Of a stretch of DNA of 64,000 nucleotides, positions 36,690-45,374 are shown one piece after another. Numbering within the stretch: the stretch's first letter is position 1; every line of letters starts with the position of its first letter. The translations under genes and the position numbers were made by a program. This stretch comes from a virus: IMG/VR virus record IMGVR_UViG_3300021479_000013, positions 1 to 64,000 of that record; one strand, 5' to 3'. Below the pieces are notes generated by a model. It searched no databases and was not told where the DNA came from. It saw only the letters and a program-made list of their open reading frames with translations.

Positions 36690-36967
36690 AGTGCTGCCTC
36701 CGAGTACGCGTAATCTTCGTTATTTCCGAAGTCAATACGGTCCAGGGGGTCATCGTCTGTTCTCTCGTATGACAGAAGACAGATGGAGTGAAATACGGAA
36801 ATAGTTCTAATTATGCCCGATTCGGGACCGTCGTCTGTCGGGTCGTAAAACGAGTTAGGGCGTTCGCAGTAGTCGAAGTGTACGCTTGTTCCCGTCTCAG
36901 CGGCATCAAGCTCGAGGTTGATCAGCGTAATGTACCTGTCCAAGTCTTGTCTCTGTCTAGCGTCCAC
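36686..36967 (-). CDS. Hypothetical protein
   Basis: AGGAGG RBS. Confidence 0.6.
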   Translation of the reverse strand: MDARQRQDLDRYITLINLELDAAETGTSVHFDYCERPNSFYDPTDDGPESGIIRTISVFHSICLLSYERTDDDPLDRIDFGNNEDYAYSEAAL

Positions 36968-37247
36968 TTGTGGCCTCCTGGGGGGCTGTCAGGGCTTCGC
37001 GAATCTCGTGCTTAGCCTCGGACATCCGGATGCGGTTTAACGCGTCCTGGGGCGTCCTGTCTTCTCTCTTGGGCTGCTCTTTCCATGTCTTGCTCATGAT
37101 ACGATATCCTCCCTGTTGATTACCATCTGCTGGCCGTCGATCTCGACTAAAACCTCTCCGTTGCCCAGGATGCCGAGCACGATAGCGTTAGCGTACGTGT
37201 TGCGCTCTCTTACAATTCGAATGACTTGATACTTTTTGAATTCGTCT

Positions 37248-37443
37248 CTAAACATCGGCTTCCTCTTTCTTGAAGACTACTTCCTTGGCACACTTCTCGC
37301 ACGCGTCGAAAACTTGCCCTCGCTCGATGCGCCCGAATCCTGCAACATTGCGAGAGTCTTGTGTAGGGTGAGTCTTCTCACTCTTGCCGCAGAATCCGCA
37401 CTTATCGCGGTCGTACGGGCCGACAAACTGTAGTTCGCTCATT
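37248..37443 (-). CDS. Small Zn-finger protein
   Basis: MSELQF...CGFC...CEKC. Confidence 0.55.
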
Positions 37444-37546
37444 CGTTCCTGTCTCTCTTTCGGCCCATGTCGATCATGTTTATGGCTATAAGGCCGATGA
37501 TAATGTAAACTACAATCCAACCGCCCATGTATCCTCCTGATGTGCC

Positions 37547-37719
37547 TAGCAGAAGGGCCTTGGACCTTTGGCCGTTCCCGGGTGTAGCCTAGTTACGATA
37601 CCCGTCTTGATGGGTCGGGGTGTCCCCTTACATCGACGGACGTAGCATTGGTCGTGCCCTTCTGCGAGAAACATCTAACCTGGGTGAGGCGGGTTTCTCA
37701 GGTCCGCCTCTCTCTCACT
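37547..37719 (-). ncRNA. Candidate structured RNA transcribed from an early promoter
   Basis: 10-bp stem 37549-58/37656-65, 7-bp stem 37686-92/37704-10, and cross-pairings; no RBS after the predicted +1. Confidence 0.5.
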
Positions 37720-37725
37720 GAAAAC

Positions 37726-37783
37726 ATCTTACCACCGATCCAGTTTTCTGTCCATAGTACGGAAGTACTTTTCTGACTAGTAC
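37726..37783 (-). promoter_or_regulatory. GTAC-boxed promoter P1
   Basis: GTAC-N4-GTAC-TA-TGGACA-17-TAAGAT. Confidence 0.8.
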
Positions 37784-38232
37784 TACCGCGCGACCGAAGC
37801 GCCGTAACGTCCGACCTGGGCCCGCACGAAGTGCAAATGTTTGCAGTTCAGTTTCTTGGCGAACTTGCTGAGGAGGAAGTTTTCGCAGGAGCAAATCCAG
37901 CCGCGAAAGTTAGGACGGCGGAAGTACGCGAACTTGTAAACCTTTCCCGACTCGCCCAAGACTTCGCCGTACACCTTCAAACTCGTGTCGGCGTTCTTGG
38001 GACGGGTCACTTTCAAAATTTCCATCACGCTGTCGGTGACGGTGGAGTGTTGAACCTCGTCGAGGGTAAAAGCGCCTTGATGGCCTTTCGCAGCGCCTGT
38101 TAGCATTTTCACGCTTACGGCTTCTCCGAAGTTCTCGTCAGCTTCAAAAACTTGGTCAACTGTCCCAGTGCCAGTCCAGTAGCTATTCGCAGAAGCAGGG
38201 ATAAAAACCTTCTCTCCAATTGTATATGCCAT
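37783..38232 (-). CDS. SWIM zinc-finger protein
   Basis: WICSCENF...CKHL. Confidence 0.75.
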   Translation of the reverse strand: MAYTIGEKVFIPASANSYWTGTGTVDQVFEADENFGEAVSVKMLTGAAKGHQGAFTLDEVQHSTVTDSVMEILKVTRPKNADTSLKVYGEVLGESGKVYKFAYFRRPNFRGWICSCENFLLSKFAKKLNCKHLHFVRAQVGRYGASVAR

Positions 38233-38308
38233 ATTAACTTCCTCCTTCGACCTAGAGTCGAACTAGAGAGGCAAGCCCTCGCTTGCCCCCTTGATTCGCT
38301 TCTAAGAG

Positions 38309-38503
38309 TCACGATCTTGTAATTTCAAAATCTCGTACAAGATAAACACCATCAGGTGTAACAGTGGAATCGTCCAGGTGAACGGTGATAAGTAATTCGT
38401 TGCGGTCATCGTATGTAATGCTCCGAATGCATCCGATATAATTTCCGAGAATTATTCGAACACGATCTCCGACCACCCAAAATTTATCATCCCAGATTGA
38501 CAT
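38309..38503 (-). CDS. Small KOW/SH3-like protein
   Basis: VGDRVRIILG; GAGGAGG RBS. Confidence 0.6.
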   Translation of the reverse strand: MSIWDDKFWVVGDRVRIILGNYIGCIRSITYDDRNELLITVHLDDSTVTPDGVYLVRDFEITRS

Positions 38504-38530
38504 GTTACCTCCTCTAGAAAGATTCTCGTC

Positions 38531-38809
38531 TTACTCGTAATACGTGCCGCCGAGAGCACCTTTAACTCGAACCAGCCCGCAGTCCAACATCATCCGGTGA
38601 CGTTCACGGCGTGATGAATTAACTTTTTCGAGTTTCTTAGCCTGGTAAAAAACGGAAACTGCGTTGTTGTAACCGACCGAATAAGGATTGCCCTCGGAAA
38701 AGTGTACAAAGTTTTCTCCAACGGGAACACCGTCGAAGGCGCACATCAGGGACCAAAGAAGCTTGACTTCCTTCCGGGCTGCTATAACTGCCTGCTGGCT
38801 CTTTGTCAT
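38531..38809 (-). CDS. Hypothetical early protein
   Basis: GGAGG RBS after P2; ends RVKGALGGTYYE. Confidence 0.7.
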   Translation of the reverse strand: MTKSQQAVIAARKEVKLLWSLMCAFDGVPVGENFVHFSEGNPYSVGYNNAVSVFYQAKKLEKVNSSRRERHRMMLDCGLVRVKGALGGTYYE

Positions 38810-38831
38810 CGGTGTTTCCTCCACTGAATGA

Positions 38832-38874
38832 AGTGTCTCATACTTCTCGAAATACGTCAATGGTACCAAAGTAC
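38832..38874 (-). promoter_or_regulatory. GTAC-boxed promoter P2
   Basis: GTAC-N4-GTAC-CA-TTGACG-17-GACACT. Confidence 0.8.
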
Positions 38875-39086
38875 TACTTTAATCTGTTTCGATAGCGTCG
38901 CCTTAGACGAACTGGTAACACCGAAGTGGACTCTGAATTACCACCGATGCATTCTGCGATGGCATCTGCGATTGTTGAATCGTCGTCGAGAATTAGAGCG
39001 TGCCCAGATAGAGCATGCTGGTTGCCTTCGTTGTAAAAATTGTTGATCGCTTCCAGGATTTCAATCGCCCTTGCGAGTTTGCTCAT
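38874..39086 (-). CDS. Hypothetical protein
   Basis: GGAGG RBS. Confidence 0.6.
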   Translation of the reverse strand: MSKLARAIEILEAINNFYNEGNQHALSGHALILDDDSTIADAIAECIGGNSESTSVLPVRLRRRYRNRLK

Positions 39087-39600
39087 TTTCTGCCTCCGTC
39101 TTCCTAATCTGTGTGTACGTGATATCGAGAATTCGTTTTAAGGTCCCGTTGCCGCGAGCGCGAGCCCGCCTGTCGGGCTTTGTAGAGCAGTGTCCAGTGC
39201 AATATTTCTGGCCGCACGGTAATCGTGGAGTGCAAAAGTCGCTCATGGTCTCCTCCAGGTGTAAGTGTGTGATGGCAGAGAGAGCAACATACTGCCGAGA
39301 TAACTTTGCTTGCAGTATCCCCACAAAGTGACATGTCCTGTCCTGATGGCTTCTAGCGTTTGATATCTCCTGAGGCCGAGCCCGAATAGATACCACGCGT
39401 TGCCTGCAGCTTGCGTTGGGTTGGCGCTGGCAATCTCCCTGACTTCGAACGGCGCTTTAATTTTCATTCTCTCCACCCGTGTTCTTTCATTCGCTCGATA
39501 CACTGGTCGTATCTGGCCATCCTCGCGGCGTGCTTGCGGTCGGTGTGCTGTTGCCTTACGATGTAGGCCAGGAGGGCTACAATCGCGGTGAGTAAGTATA

Positions 39601-39786
39601 TCACGACTGCCTCCTGGTTGCTTTCCAGGTGTAGAAAATTTTTGCGTGGGACTCGTATCCGTCCGGGTAGTTATCGGCGTACCAGACGGCGTACAACGTG
39701 GCGTTGCCTTCTGACAGCCCCTGCCTATCCACCGCGTATGCCGCCGCGTGCCGTAGAATAAATTCGCGAAGGTCTCTCTTACTCAC
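39601..39786 (-). CDS. Hypothetical protein
   Basis: GGAG RBS; GTGA overlap. Confidence 0.6.
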   Translation of the reverse strand: MSKRDLREFILRHAAAYAVDRQGLSEGNATLYAVWYADNYPDGYESHAKIFYTWKATRRQS

Positions 39787-39950
39787 GACTTCTCCAATAT
39801 AGCGTTTGTGTTAATCGGCGTTGTGGGCGGCAAAAGAATAAGGCCTTTGTTTATAGAGAACGCGATAGCATAGCGCTGCTCTTGAGTTAATCCCGCATCC
39901 CCTAAGTTGAGAAGTTCGTCCAGGATTCTAATTGCTTTCTCTTTGTACAT
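39783..39950 (-). CDS. Small hypothetical early protein
   Basis: GGAGG RBS after P3; MYKEKAIRILDE... Confidence 0.6.
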   Translation of the reverse strand: MYKEKAIRILDELLNLGDAGLTQEQRYAIAFSINKGLILLPPTTPINTNAILEKS

Positions 39951-39969
39951 GTCTTCCTCCACTGTTAGA

Positions 39970-40028
39970 AGTGTACCGCGAACCCGAGTTTAATGCAATA
40001 GTACGGAAGTACCGATCTTTGATAGTAC
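39970..40028 (-). promoter_or_regulatory. GTAC-boxed promoter P3
   Basis: GTAC-N4-GTAC-TA-TTGCAT-17-TACACT. Confidence 0.8.
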
Positions 40029-40576
40029 TAAAGCTGCGCCAGCTTGGCTGCGACCGCGCGCCTCTGGTATTCCTCCGCGTCAAACCTAGGACGGGTCTCG
40101 GCTGGCGCGACTACAGGTGTCCACACGTTGGGCGGCGGCATCAAGGACGCGGCTGGGACCTGTTTAGACGTCATCTTGACCTGGATAGCCACCCGCATCC
40201 TGGCGCGCGTCTTACTGCCTTGTACGTTGTCGTACACCACACCGTCAGTTAAGGCAAACGCGTGAGTCGTGCAGCAGAGGAAGAAACGGCCTTCCTTAGG
40301 TAGTCTATACATAAAGTGTTGGACCGTGGGACGCATATGCGAGTTTGTGAAAACCGATTTGTATTCTGAGACGATGCCCTCGGCCTTCAGGTCAGAGAGA
40401 ACCTGGTCGATCAGGATTATCTTAGTACCCTTACGGGAACGACGGCCTTTCGCCTTAAGTCTGGAGTGAATGTCCGCATAAGGCAGGCCGGTGGTATTGG
40501 CCAGTGCGATGACCGCGCAGTCGTTCGTCTCGCCTAGTATGCGGTCCTTGGTGACGCCGAGAGATGTCTTGAACAC
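40028..40576 (-). CDS. Hypothetical protein with putative Cys-His-Asp (papain-like) motifs
   Basis: NDCAVIALA...HAFALTDGVVYD; GTG start after GGAGG. Confidence 0.65.
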   Translation of the reverse strand: MFKTSLGVTKDRILGETNDCAVIALANTTGLPYADIHSRLKAKGRRSRKGTKIILIDQVLSDLKAEGIVSEYKSVFTNSHMRPTVQHFMYRLPKEGRFFLCCTTHAFALTDGVVYDNVQGSKTRARMRVAIQVKMTSKQVPAASLMPPPNVWTPVVAPAETRPRFDAEEYQRRAVAAKLAQL

Positions 40577-40598
40577 TTGGTGTTCCTCCACTGGATAC

Positions 40599-40640
40599 AT
40601 GGTCTCATGGAACCGAAATTGGTGCAATGGTACTAGTAGA
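40599..40640 (-). promoter_or_regulatory. GTAC-boxed promoter P4 (single half-site)
   Basis: GTAC-CA-TTGCAC-17-GACCAT. Confidence 0.7.
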
Positions 40641-40662
40641 CAATTCTTTGGCGACCGAATTG

Positions 40663-40854
40663 CTAGCGCCCTCGTGCCAGTGTAATCAGTCCGGCCTGGT
40701 CTAACATCTTGGCCGCGAAGTGCGGGTTAGCGCCCTGGGGATTCTCGACGCCGTCTATCTCGCCGTTCTCGCACGCGTCTGAGAACCAGCCTAGAATATT
40801 GTCGGCTGAGACCACGCGGTTATCGGGGTACAGGATGTGGAATGTCTCGGACAT
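40663..40854 (-). CDS. Hypothetical protein
   Basis: AGGAGG RBS. Confidence 0.65.
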   Translation of the reverse strand: MSETFHILYPDNRVVSADNILGWFSDACENGEIDGVENPQGANPHFAAKMLDQAGLITLARGR

Positions 40855-41159
40855 TACCGACCTCCTGCTAGCTTAGCCATCGCGTTGTTGTAGTCTACGG
40901 TCCAAGGATTCGAGTCGGAGAAGACCACGAAATTACTCCTGGGGTCTATCTTGTCGTGGGCGCACATCTTGTTCCAGAGATTCTTTACCACGAATTTCTG
41001 GGGGTTGGCCAATTCTGCCTTGCCAGTCTCAGGGTTAACGGGGAGAATTGATGTCTCGCCGTTTGACGCGCGCAAGACTCGAAACTCAACGCCCACGTAT
41101 GTCTTGGCCATATTGTTTAGGTGCCGCCTGATTACCTGCTGCGATGCTCGTGCTCCCAT
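40854..41159 (-). CDS. Hypothetical early protein; C-terminus similar to 38531..38809
   Basis: LWNKMCAHD..FVVFSDSNPW..DYNNA versus LWSLMCAFD..FVHFSEGNPY..GYNNA. Confidence 0.7.
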   Translation of the reverse strand: MGARASQQVIRRHLNNMAKTYVGVEFRVLRASNGETSILPVNPETGKAELANPQKFVVKNLWNKMCAHDKIDPRSNFVVFSDSNPWTVDYNNAMAKLAGGR

Positions 41160-41181
41160 TGTCGTTTCCTCCACTGGATGC

Positions 41182-41240
41182 ATTCTCTCACAACCCCGGA
41201 AAGCGTGCAATAGTACTTTGGTACCTATTTTCGGTAGTAC
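41182..41240 (-). promoter_or_regulatory. GTAC-boxed promoter P5
   Basis: GTAC-N4-GTAC-TA-TTGCAC-17-GAGAAT. Confidence 0.8.
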
Positions 41241-41406
41241 TACTTGCGCTCTTCCTCGACCTGCATTATGCAGCAAGGTCCGTACGTGTATCTTGTGACC
41301 GTGAAGACTTCCTGGCCTTCGATAGGCCTGGTGCAGCGAGCGCAACACTTCGCGAGGACACCTCTCAGGCCTTGGATGGTCTCGTGAACTAGCTTCGTTA
41401 GAGGTT

Positions 41407-41631
41407 TCACAGTCCCAACCCCGCGTTCAAGATTACTATCTCGGGGTCTGATAGGACGCGCGATGTGGGGATGCGGTCGGTTAACTTTTTGATTGCTCGA
41501 CGTGTGCGAATGTCGTGGAACAGCATATTTGATTCTGTGCGCAGCTGGTCGTTCTCGTGCATCCTGCTGAATGCCGCGTGAATCAAATTAACTTCAGCTT
41601 GAGATAGTTCTACGATGAATACGTCATTCAT
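41407..41631 (-). CDS. Hypothetical protein
   Basis: Operon packing. Confidence 0.55.
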   Translation of the reverse strand: MNDVFIVELSQAEVNLIHAAFSRMHENDQLRTESNMLFHDIRTRRAIKKLTDRIPTSRVLSDPEIVILNAGLGL

Positions 41632-41833
41632 ATGTCACCGCCGACAGTTCAACATTGTACACCTTGCTGCCGTCGGACAGTGTCTCCTCTACAAGGTTAA
41701 GGCGGACGCTGTCAGAATTAATTGTGACGTAAGTCAAGTACTCGTTAACGGGGTGGTCCCGAAACTCTTTTAACATTCTGATAAGTTCATTAAGATTCAC
41801 AGCTGTTTCGGTATCGAGAATTTTCTTGCTCAT
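41624..41833 (-). CDS. Hypothetical protein
   Basis: MSKKILDT...; AGGGA RBS. Confidence 0.55.
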   Translation of the reverse strand: MSKKILDTETAVNLNELIRMLKEFRDHPVNEYLTYVTINSDSVRLNLVEETLSDGSKVYNVELSAVTYE

Positions 41834-41896
41834 CTGGTTATCCCTTTCCATATAACGATTGTCGCGAACTTGACCGCGAGTAATACGCACACCAGC

Positions 41897-42193
41897 TTAG
41901 CCGTTGACATAAGCCACCACTTCCCAGCGTCCGGACTCCATGCGGTAGAATGATGCGGACAGCCAGAGACCCTCGCCAATCTCCTCGTGCAGGCGAGAAG
42001 TGTGATAATCGACGTAGTGAGTAAAGTGATTCTCGCCGACCTCGAAGCCGTGGTCGTGTAAAATCAGTTCTATGGTGAGCATAGGAACTGCCTGGTGGTA
42101 GATGAGACCGAGCTTGTGCAGGTCGGCGTTGACCGCTTGCTTCCTGGCTCGCAGGCTTGGAATCTTTGACTGGCAGTTGGTGCAGAGTGTCAT
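41897..42193 (-). CDS. Hypothetical early protein
   Basis: GAGG RBS after P6; YRMESGRWEVVAYV. Confidence 0.7.
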   Translation of the reverse strand: MTLCTNCQSKIPSLRARKQAVNADLHKLGLIYHQAVPMLTIELILHDHGFEVGENHFTHYVDYHTSRLHEEIGEGLWLSASFYRMESGRWEVVAYVNG

Positions 42194-42215
42194 GTTCGTG
42201 TCCTCACTGTTTTGG

Positions 42216-42250
42216 ATTCTCTCACAACCTAGGAATATAGTCAATGGTAC
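42216..42250 (-). promoter_or_regulatory. GTAC-boxed promoter P6 (single half-site)
   Basis: GTAC-CA-TTGACT-17-GAGAAT. Confidence 0.75.
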
Positions 42251-42256
42251 TTTAGT

Positions 42257-42718
42257 TTAGCCCCACGCTATCGTCTTGTACCAGGCTGGTTCCGCTCCAG
42301 ACTTGGTCAGGATGCTCTGGTATGAGAGAGCGATATCAAGGACGGAGCGCTTCACGTCTACCGTGTAAGCGAATCGTACCTGGGACCTGGAGTCCATTCC
42401 GGCGAAGGTGCACTTGTCTGTAATGACCTGGGTGCTGCCGTCTTCATTCACGTGGATCGATTGAACTTTGAGCCACGAGTATCCGAAGTTTCCGCCGTTT
42501 GTCATAAGCAGGTCTTTGAACTTGTCACCGACCGCCAGCTGGCTAACTGACTTGCTCAGAAGACGTGTGAATAAACTTTGTGCTGCGGTGCCTCGCTTGG
42601 TTAGCGTTTCCTTCTGGCCGCGACACCGGAAACAGGTAGTGCCGTAAGACTGGCAGTATGAGTACTGGCCGGAACCGTCGCAACGTGAGCAGGTCTCGGA
42701 TTCGAATAGCAGGGACAT
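42257..42718 (-). CDS. Hypothetical protein with DnaJ-type Zn finger
   Basis: CSRCDGSG...CFRCRG. Confidence 0.7.
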   Translation of the reverse strand: MSLLFESETCSRCDGSGQYSYCQSYGTTCFRCRGQKETLTKRGTAAQSLFTRLLSKSVSQLAVGDKFKDLLMTNGGNFGYSWLKVQSIHVNEDGSTQVITDKCTFAGMDSRSQVRFAYTVDVKRSVLDIALSYQSILTKSGAEPAWYKTIAWG

Positions 42719-42930
42719 TACTTGCCTCCATATAAGGATACCAACCCGATTGCAACCATATCGCTGAATACCTGGGTCATCACGTTGACCTTAAGATCTT
42801 GGACGGCCAGGTCCAGCTGGCGCTGCATTTCGTGGATGGACGCGGGGTGGGCGAGGGTACGAATATCCTTCGCGAGTAACTCCGCGTAAAGTGCGACTCG
42901 GACGACGCTGCTGATCTTTGTGTTTTCCAT
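42718..42930 (-). CDS. Hypothetical protein (probably leaderless mRNA)
   Basis: ATG lies 7 nt downstream of the P7 -10 element. Confidence 0.6.
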   Translation of the reverse strand: MENTKISSVVRVALYAELLAKDIRTLAHPASIHEMQRQLDLAVQDLKVNVMTQVFSDMVAIGLVSLYGGK

Positions 42931-42936
42931 GTTTGT

Positions 42937-42995
42937 ATTCTCTCACCGATCTAGATTTGTGTCCATAGTACTTCGGTACCGAATTTGTCTAGTAC
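42937..42995 (-). promoter_or_regulatory. GTAC-boxed promoter P7
   Basis: GTAC-N4-GTAC-TA-TGGACA-17-GAGAAT. Confidence 0.8.
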
Positions 42996-43237
42996 TTCGT
43001 TGCCTTCATGAATTCCTCGGCTGAGAGCATCCACGCCTCGCTGCCTGTGTCGTACCGTACGCTGATCGCTGGGACTGTGAAACGGCCCGATGTGACCGTG
43101 CCGGTTTGAAAGCATACGCCTAGGTCTTGGGTGACACGGTGTCGGACGCGGTCGTTTACCTTAATCTTGGTCGAGAGCGTTTGGTTGAACTGCGCGCCCT
43201 GGTTTGGTTCACCGAATAAAAGTGTGAATAGACTCAT
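42989..43237 (-). CDS. Hypothetical protein
   Basis: GAGG RBS; ATGA overlap. Confidence 0.6.
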   Translation of the reverse strand: MSLFTLLFGEPNQGAQFNQTLSTKIKVNDRVRHRVTQDLGVCFQTGTVTSGRFTVPAISVRYDTGSEAWMLSAEEFMKATKY

Positions 43238-43446
43238 GACTTCCTCGCTTTCATATCTTGTGCTATCTTGCCTTCGTCGAGTCGCTTGCTCACTTCGAGC
43301 CTTAATACCGTTGTGACCAGTTTGCCGTCTTGCCAGCTCTCCTCGAATTCGCGGCAGGTGCGGCCTTGTTTGATCGCGTGTGTGACCAGCTGGGCTCGCA
43401 GTTCGTGGCCTCTAGGGCTGTTGGGGAATGTGAATGAGTCTGTCAT
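43234..43446 (-). CDS. Hypothetical protein
   Basis: GGAG RBS; ATGA overlap. Confidence 0.6.
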   Translation of the reverse strand: MTDSFTFPNSPRGHELRAQLVTHAIKQGRTCREFEESWQDGKLVTTVLRLEVSKRLDEGKIAQDMKARKS

Positions 43447-43658
43447 TCTATCTCTCCTAGATTTACTGGCGTAAAGCTCTTATCGACCTTATAAAATTTC
43501 TCTCCGTTGCAAACCATGTCACGACGGCCTAGAAAACCGAGGTGCTGCCATGTCTTGCGATCACAGCAGGAACATTCAAATAGGCCCTTATAGCTCTTTC
43601 CTACGTAATGGGTCATTCGAACGTTTCGATTGCAGACCGTTGGTTCATGTGGTGTCAT
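43443..43658 (-). CDS. Hypothetical Cys-containing early protein
   Basis: GAGG RBS after P8. Confidence 0.6.
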   Translation of the reverse strand: MTPHEPTVCNRNVRMTHYVGKSYKGLFECSCCDRKTWQHLGFLGRRDMVCNGEKFYKVDKSFTPVNLGEIE

Positions 43659-43677
43659 GGTGTTCCTCACTGGTTGC

Positions 43678-43720
43678 ATCGTCTCATGCCTTGGGATTGG
43701 AGTCAATAGTACGAAAGTAC
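43678..43720 (-). promoter_or_regulatory. GTAC-boxed promoter P8
   Basis: GTAC-N4-GTAC-TA-TTGACT-17-GACGAT. Confidence 0.8.
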
Positions 43721-43830
43721 TGTTCTATGATCGAGCGGACGATACAGGCAAGGGAGACCTGGCGCTGGGTTGCTAAGGACTGGAGTCTGACCAGCATGTC
43801 GGGCTTGAATTGGAGAAGGACTCGTTTCAT
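43684..43830 (-). CDS. Ribbon-helix-helix (CopG/Arc-like) regulator
   Basis: MKRVLLQF..LQSLATQRQVSLACIVRSII; GAGGTG RBS. Confidence 0.75.
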   Translation of the reverse strand: MKRVLLQFKPDMLVRLQSLATQRQVSLACIVRSIIEQYFRTIDSNPKA

Positions 43831-43861
43831 AGTTCTCACCTCGGGGAGGAGCTTAGCACAG

Positions 43862-44271
43862 AGTGATATCACTTGTCAAGAGCTAATTTGAAGTGATATC
43901 AGTCCGTTTGACCAAGTGATATCACTTGTCAGGCCAAGTACGCGATAGGATTGTGTCATAGGTGTCATAAAACAGCCTTTTTCCTCTTAACTTGTTTACT
44001 ATGAACATATTAGAAGCATTTTTAGGCTAAAATCGCAATGCCCTACCTCTGCATCGAGAAATTGAAGTGATATCACTCTCGTGTGGGTCAGGCTTCTAGT
44101 ATCTTATTAGACACAAAAAATGGTTCATAGATAGATACAAGAGCAAGTGATATCACTCTGTTTTCGCGAGCCTGAGGCCGCCCCGCATTTTCGTATGACA
44201 CCATTCTGTTAAGAGCTTTGTTATCTAAGGCCCCAAGCCAAAAAAAGGTGTCATACAGGTAAAATGACACC
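43862..44271. repeat. Five AGTGATATCACT palindromes plus five (G)GTGTCAT(A) motifs
   Basis: Palindromes at 43862, 43892 (1 mismatch), 43915, 44066 and 44146; GTGTCAT at 43953, 43961, 44194 (rc), 44247 and 44264 (rc). Confidence 0.9.
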
Positions 44272-44742
44272 ACCGCGTGACAGCGCTTCGACCAAAGTGT
44301 CCGAAATATACGACACTCTTCGGACATAGACAATAAGTGTCAACTCACTGATGTCCTCGGGCTCGCAATTAGGCCGATGCCACCGCTTGTACATCCAATG
44401 ACCCAAAGTTCGTGACCTCGCCTGGTGACAGTTCAATAAGAACTAACCCAAAACAAACGCCTGGCAGCACCTTCAAGGTCAACAAAGCAAATGATTTACA
44501 AGCACTGCCAACATATGGGCAGTAAGCCGAGATTGTCAGAAAATTCCTTTAAGCTCGATTTTCGCGCGATAAGCGCAATGTTTTCAACGATTTTCAGGTT
44601 CGGCCACACAAAAGCTTGCCCCAGCAAGCAAATGGCCAACATAAAAGGCTGTATTATCAACGAGTTAGCGATTCAAGCGCCACAATAGCGGTTTGGCGGA
44701 TAATAAACTATTAATGGCCACGTTGCAACGAAAGGACTTACA

Positions 44743-45015
44743 ATGTTCAAATGGTGGAATTTGTATTTCGTGCAGGAAGCCTCGACTGGCAACATAAAGA
44801 TCGGCATAGCGCGCAACCTGAAGCAACGATTGTACGAGCTTCAGACAGACAACTCTAACAAACTAAACCTGTTAGGGTCTGCAAGATTCAGCAGCGAGGT
44901 CGCCGTCCGCAAGACCGAGAAGCGATTGCACGCAACGTTTGCAACGCAACGAGTCAGAGGCGAATGGTTCAAGACCAGCGAGAGCCTGACGCTCATCGCG
45001 TGCTCAGCTTGCTAA
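44743..45015 (+). CDS. GIY-YIG T5orf172/MUG113-like nuclease domain protein
   Basis: YFVQ..IKIG..RL..LQT..E..LH..F..RGEWF. Confidence 0.85.
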   Translation: MFKWWNLYFVQEASTGNIKIGIARNLKQRLYELQTDNSNKLNLLGSARFSSEVAVRKTEKRLHATFATQRVRGEWFKTSESLTLIACSAC

Positions 45016-45245
45016 CTCGAAGAAAATAAAAGACTTAGGTATTTTCTGTGTGCTGAGCATTTGTAGGACCCCCCGGGGACCTGGCATGCCGCAGTCGCCC
45101 CTAAGCCCCCTCGACTCACCGAATACGTATTCGTGGCAATACCCCGCGTACCATACGGATGTCACATGTTCTTTATACTCAATCACTTACGCCTACCGGG
45201 GGAGTCCGCCAGGGGGCTATCACCAGACCCACCCGTCGATTCTAC

Positions 45246-45274
45246 TTGACATGTGACATGGTATGTGATATGAT
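45246..45274 (+). promoter_or_regulatory. sigma70-type promoter
   Basis: TTGACA-17-TATGAT. Confidence 0.7.
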
Positions 45275-45374
45275 CTTTGAAGTTTCATAAGTCTAGGAAC
45301 ACTCTGGCCTGATCTCCGGAGTGCGTTGGGCGGTACTCGTAATACCGCCCGACCCCTTTTACGAGGAGGAAGTC

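Noticed and set aside
250-43900. Numerous plus-strand ORFs in the left arm and minus-strand ORFs in the right arm
   Set aside because: They are shadow frames opposite well-supported, RBS-bearing, tightly coupled genes.
37757-44157. CRISPR array made from the GTAC or AGTGATATCACT repeats
   Set aside because: The repeats are 12 bp or shorter, irregularly spaced and tied to promoters; no cas operon is present (the PD-(D/E)XK gene sits in a recombination context).
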